A stretch of DNA of 63,991 bases, counting the filler, from Octopus bimaculoides (taxonomy: Eukaryota), in NCBI RefSeq assembly GCF_001194135.2. It is 4 parts of 4 records of this genome, joined end to end, with 100 filler letters (N's around TTAATTAATTAA, not from the genome) between each part and the next. Parts side by side here need not be neighbours in the genome. Positions count along the whole stretch, not along the records: positions 62,363 to 63,991 come from NC_068989.1; 3 more parts are not named here. One strand, 5' to 3'. Positions 63,922 to 63,991 of this stretch are shown piece by piece. The notes beneath the pieces were generated by a model that ran no database searches, was not told the origin of the DNA, and saw only the letters and a program-made list of their open reading frames with translations. Each line of letters begins with the position of its first letter. Position 1 is the stretch's first letter. A program made the position numbers and the translations under genes.

Positions 63922-63991
63922 CTTTTTATTATAGCCACACAGGGCTAAATACAGAAAATGGACAAATTACAAAGTAGAGCTTTTTTGGGGG
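63922..63991 (-). mobile_element. LINE-like 3' end at (ATCT)n (same family as 38895)
   Basis: TTATAGCCACACAGGGCT...GGACAAAT.ACAA.GTAGAGCTTTT homologous to 38910-38970. Confidence 0.6.

Overview
AT-rich, gap-riddled animal genomic scaffold saturated with microsatellites, tRNA-derived SINEs, MITEs and decayed LINE/mariner/Penelope fragments. The SINE families look like octopus (cephalopod) repeats; this is inferred from recalled family sequences, not from a search. Nearly all listed ORFs are microsatellite or N-gap artefacts. The only convincing host coding sequence is a minus-strand first coding exon (27540-27320) of a signal-peptide-bearing receptor guanylyl cyclase/ANF-receptor-like protein, possibly preceded by several non-coding exons; its later exons are not visible. 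Main findings: (1) at least four unrelated repeat families carry type I hammerhead ribozyme motifs, some tied to Penelope-like GIY-YIG sequence, and one has an intact core (37144-37247, minus). (2) An ORF1-only, HAL1-like retroelement. (3) A tRNA-like cloverleaf in a head-to-head foldback. (4) A dispersed element carrying (TAACCC)n, with one copy apparently nested in a SINE. (5) A 2x2 head/tail shuffle among SINEs. (6) A CpG-depleted domain at about 20-43 kb, suggesting gene-body methylation. All calls were made by eye; coordinates of decayed repeats are approximate.
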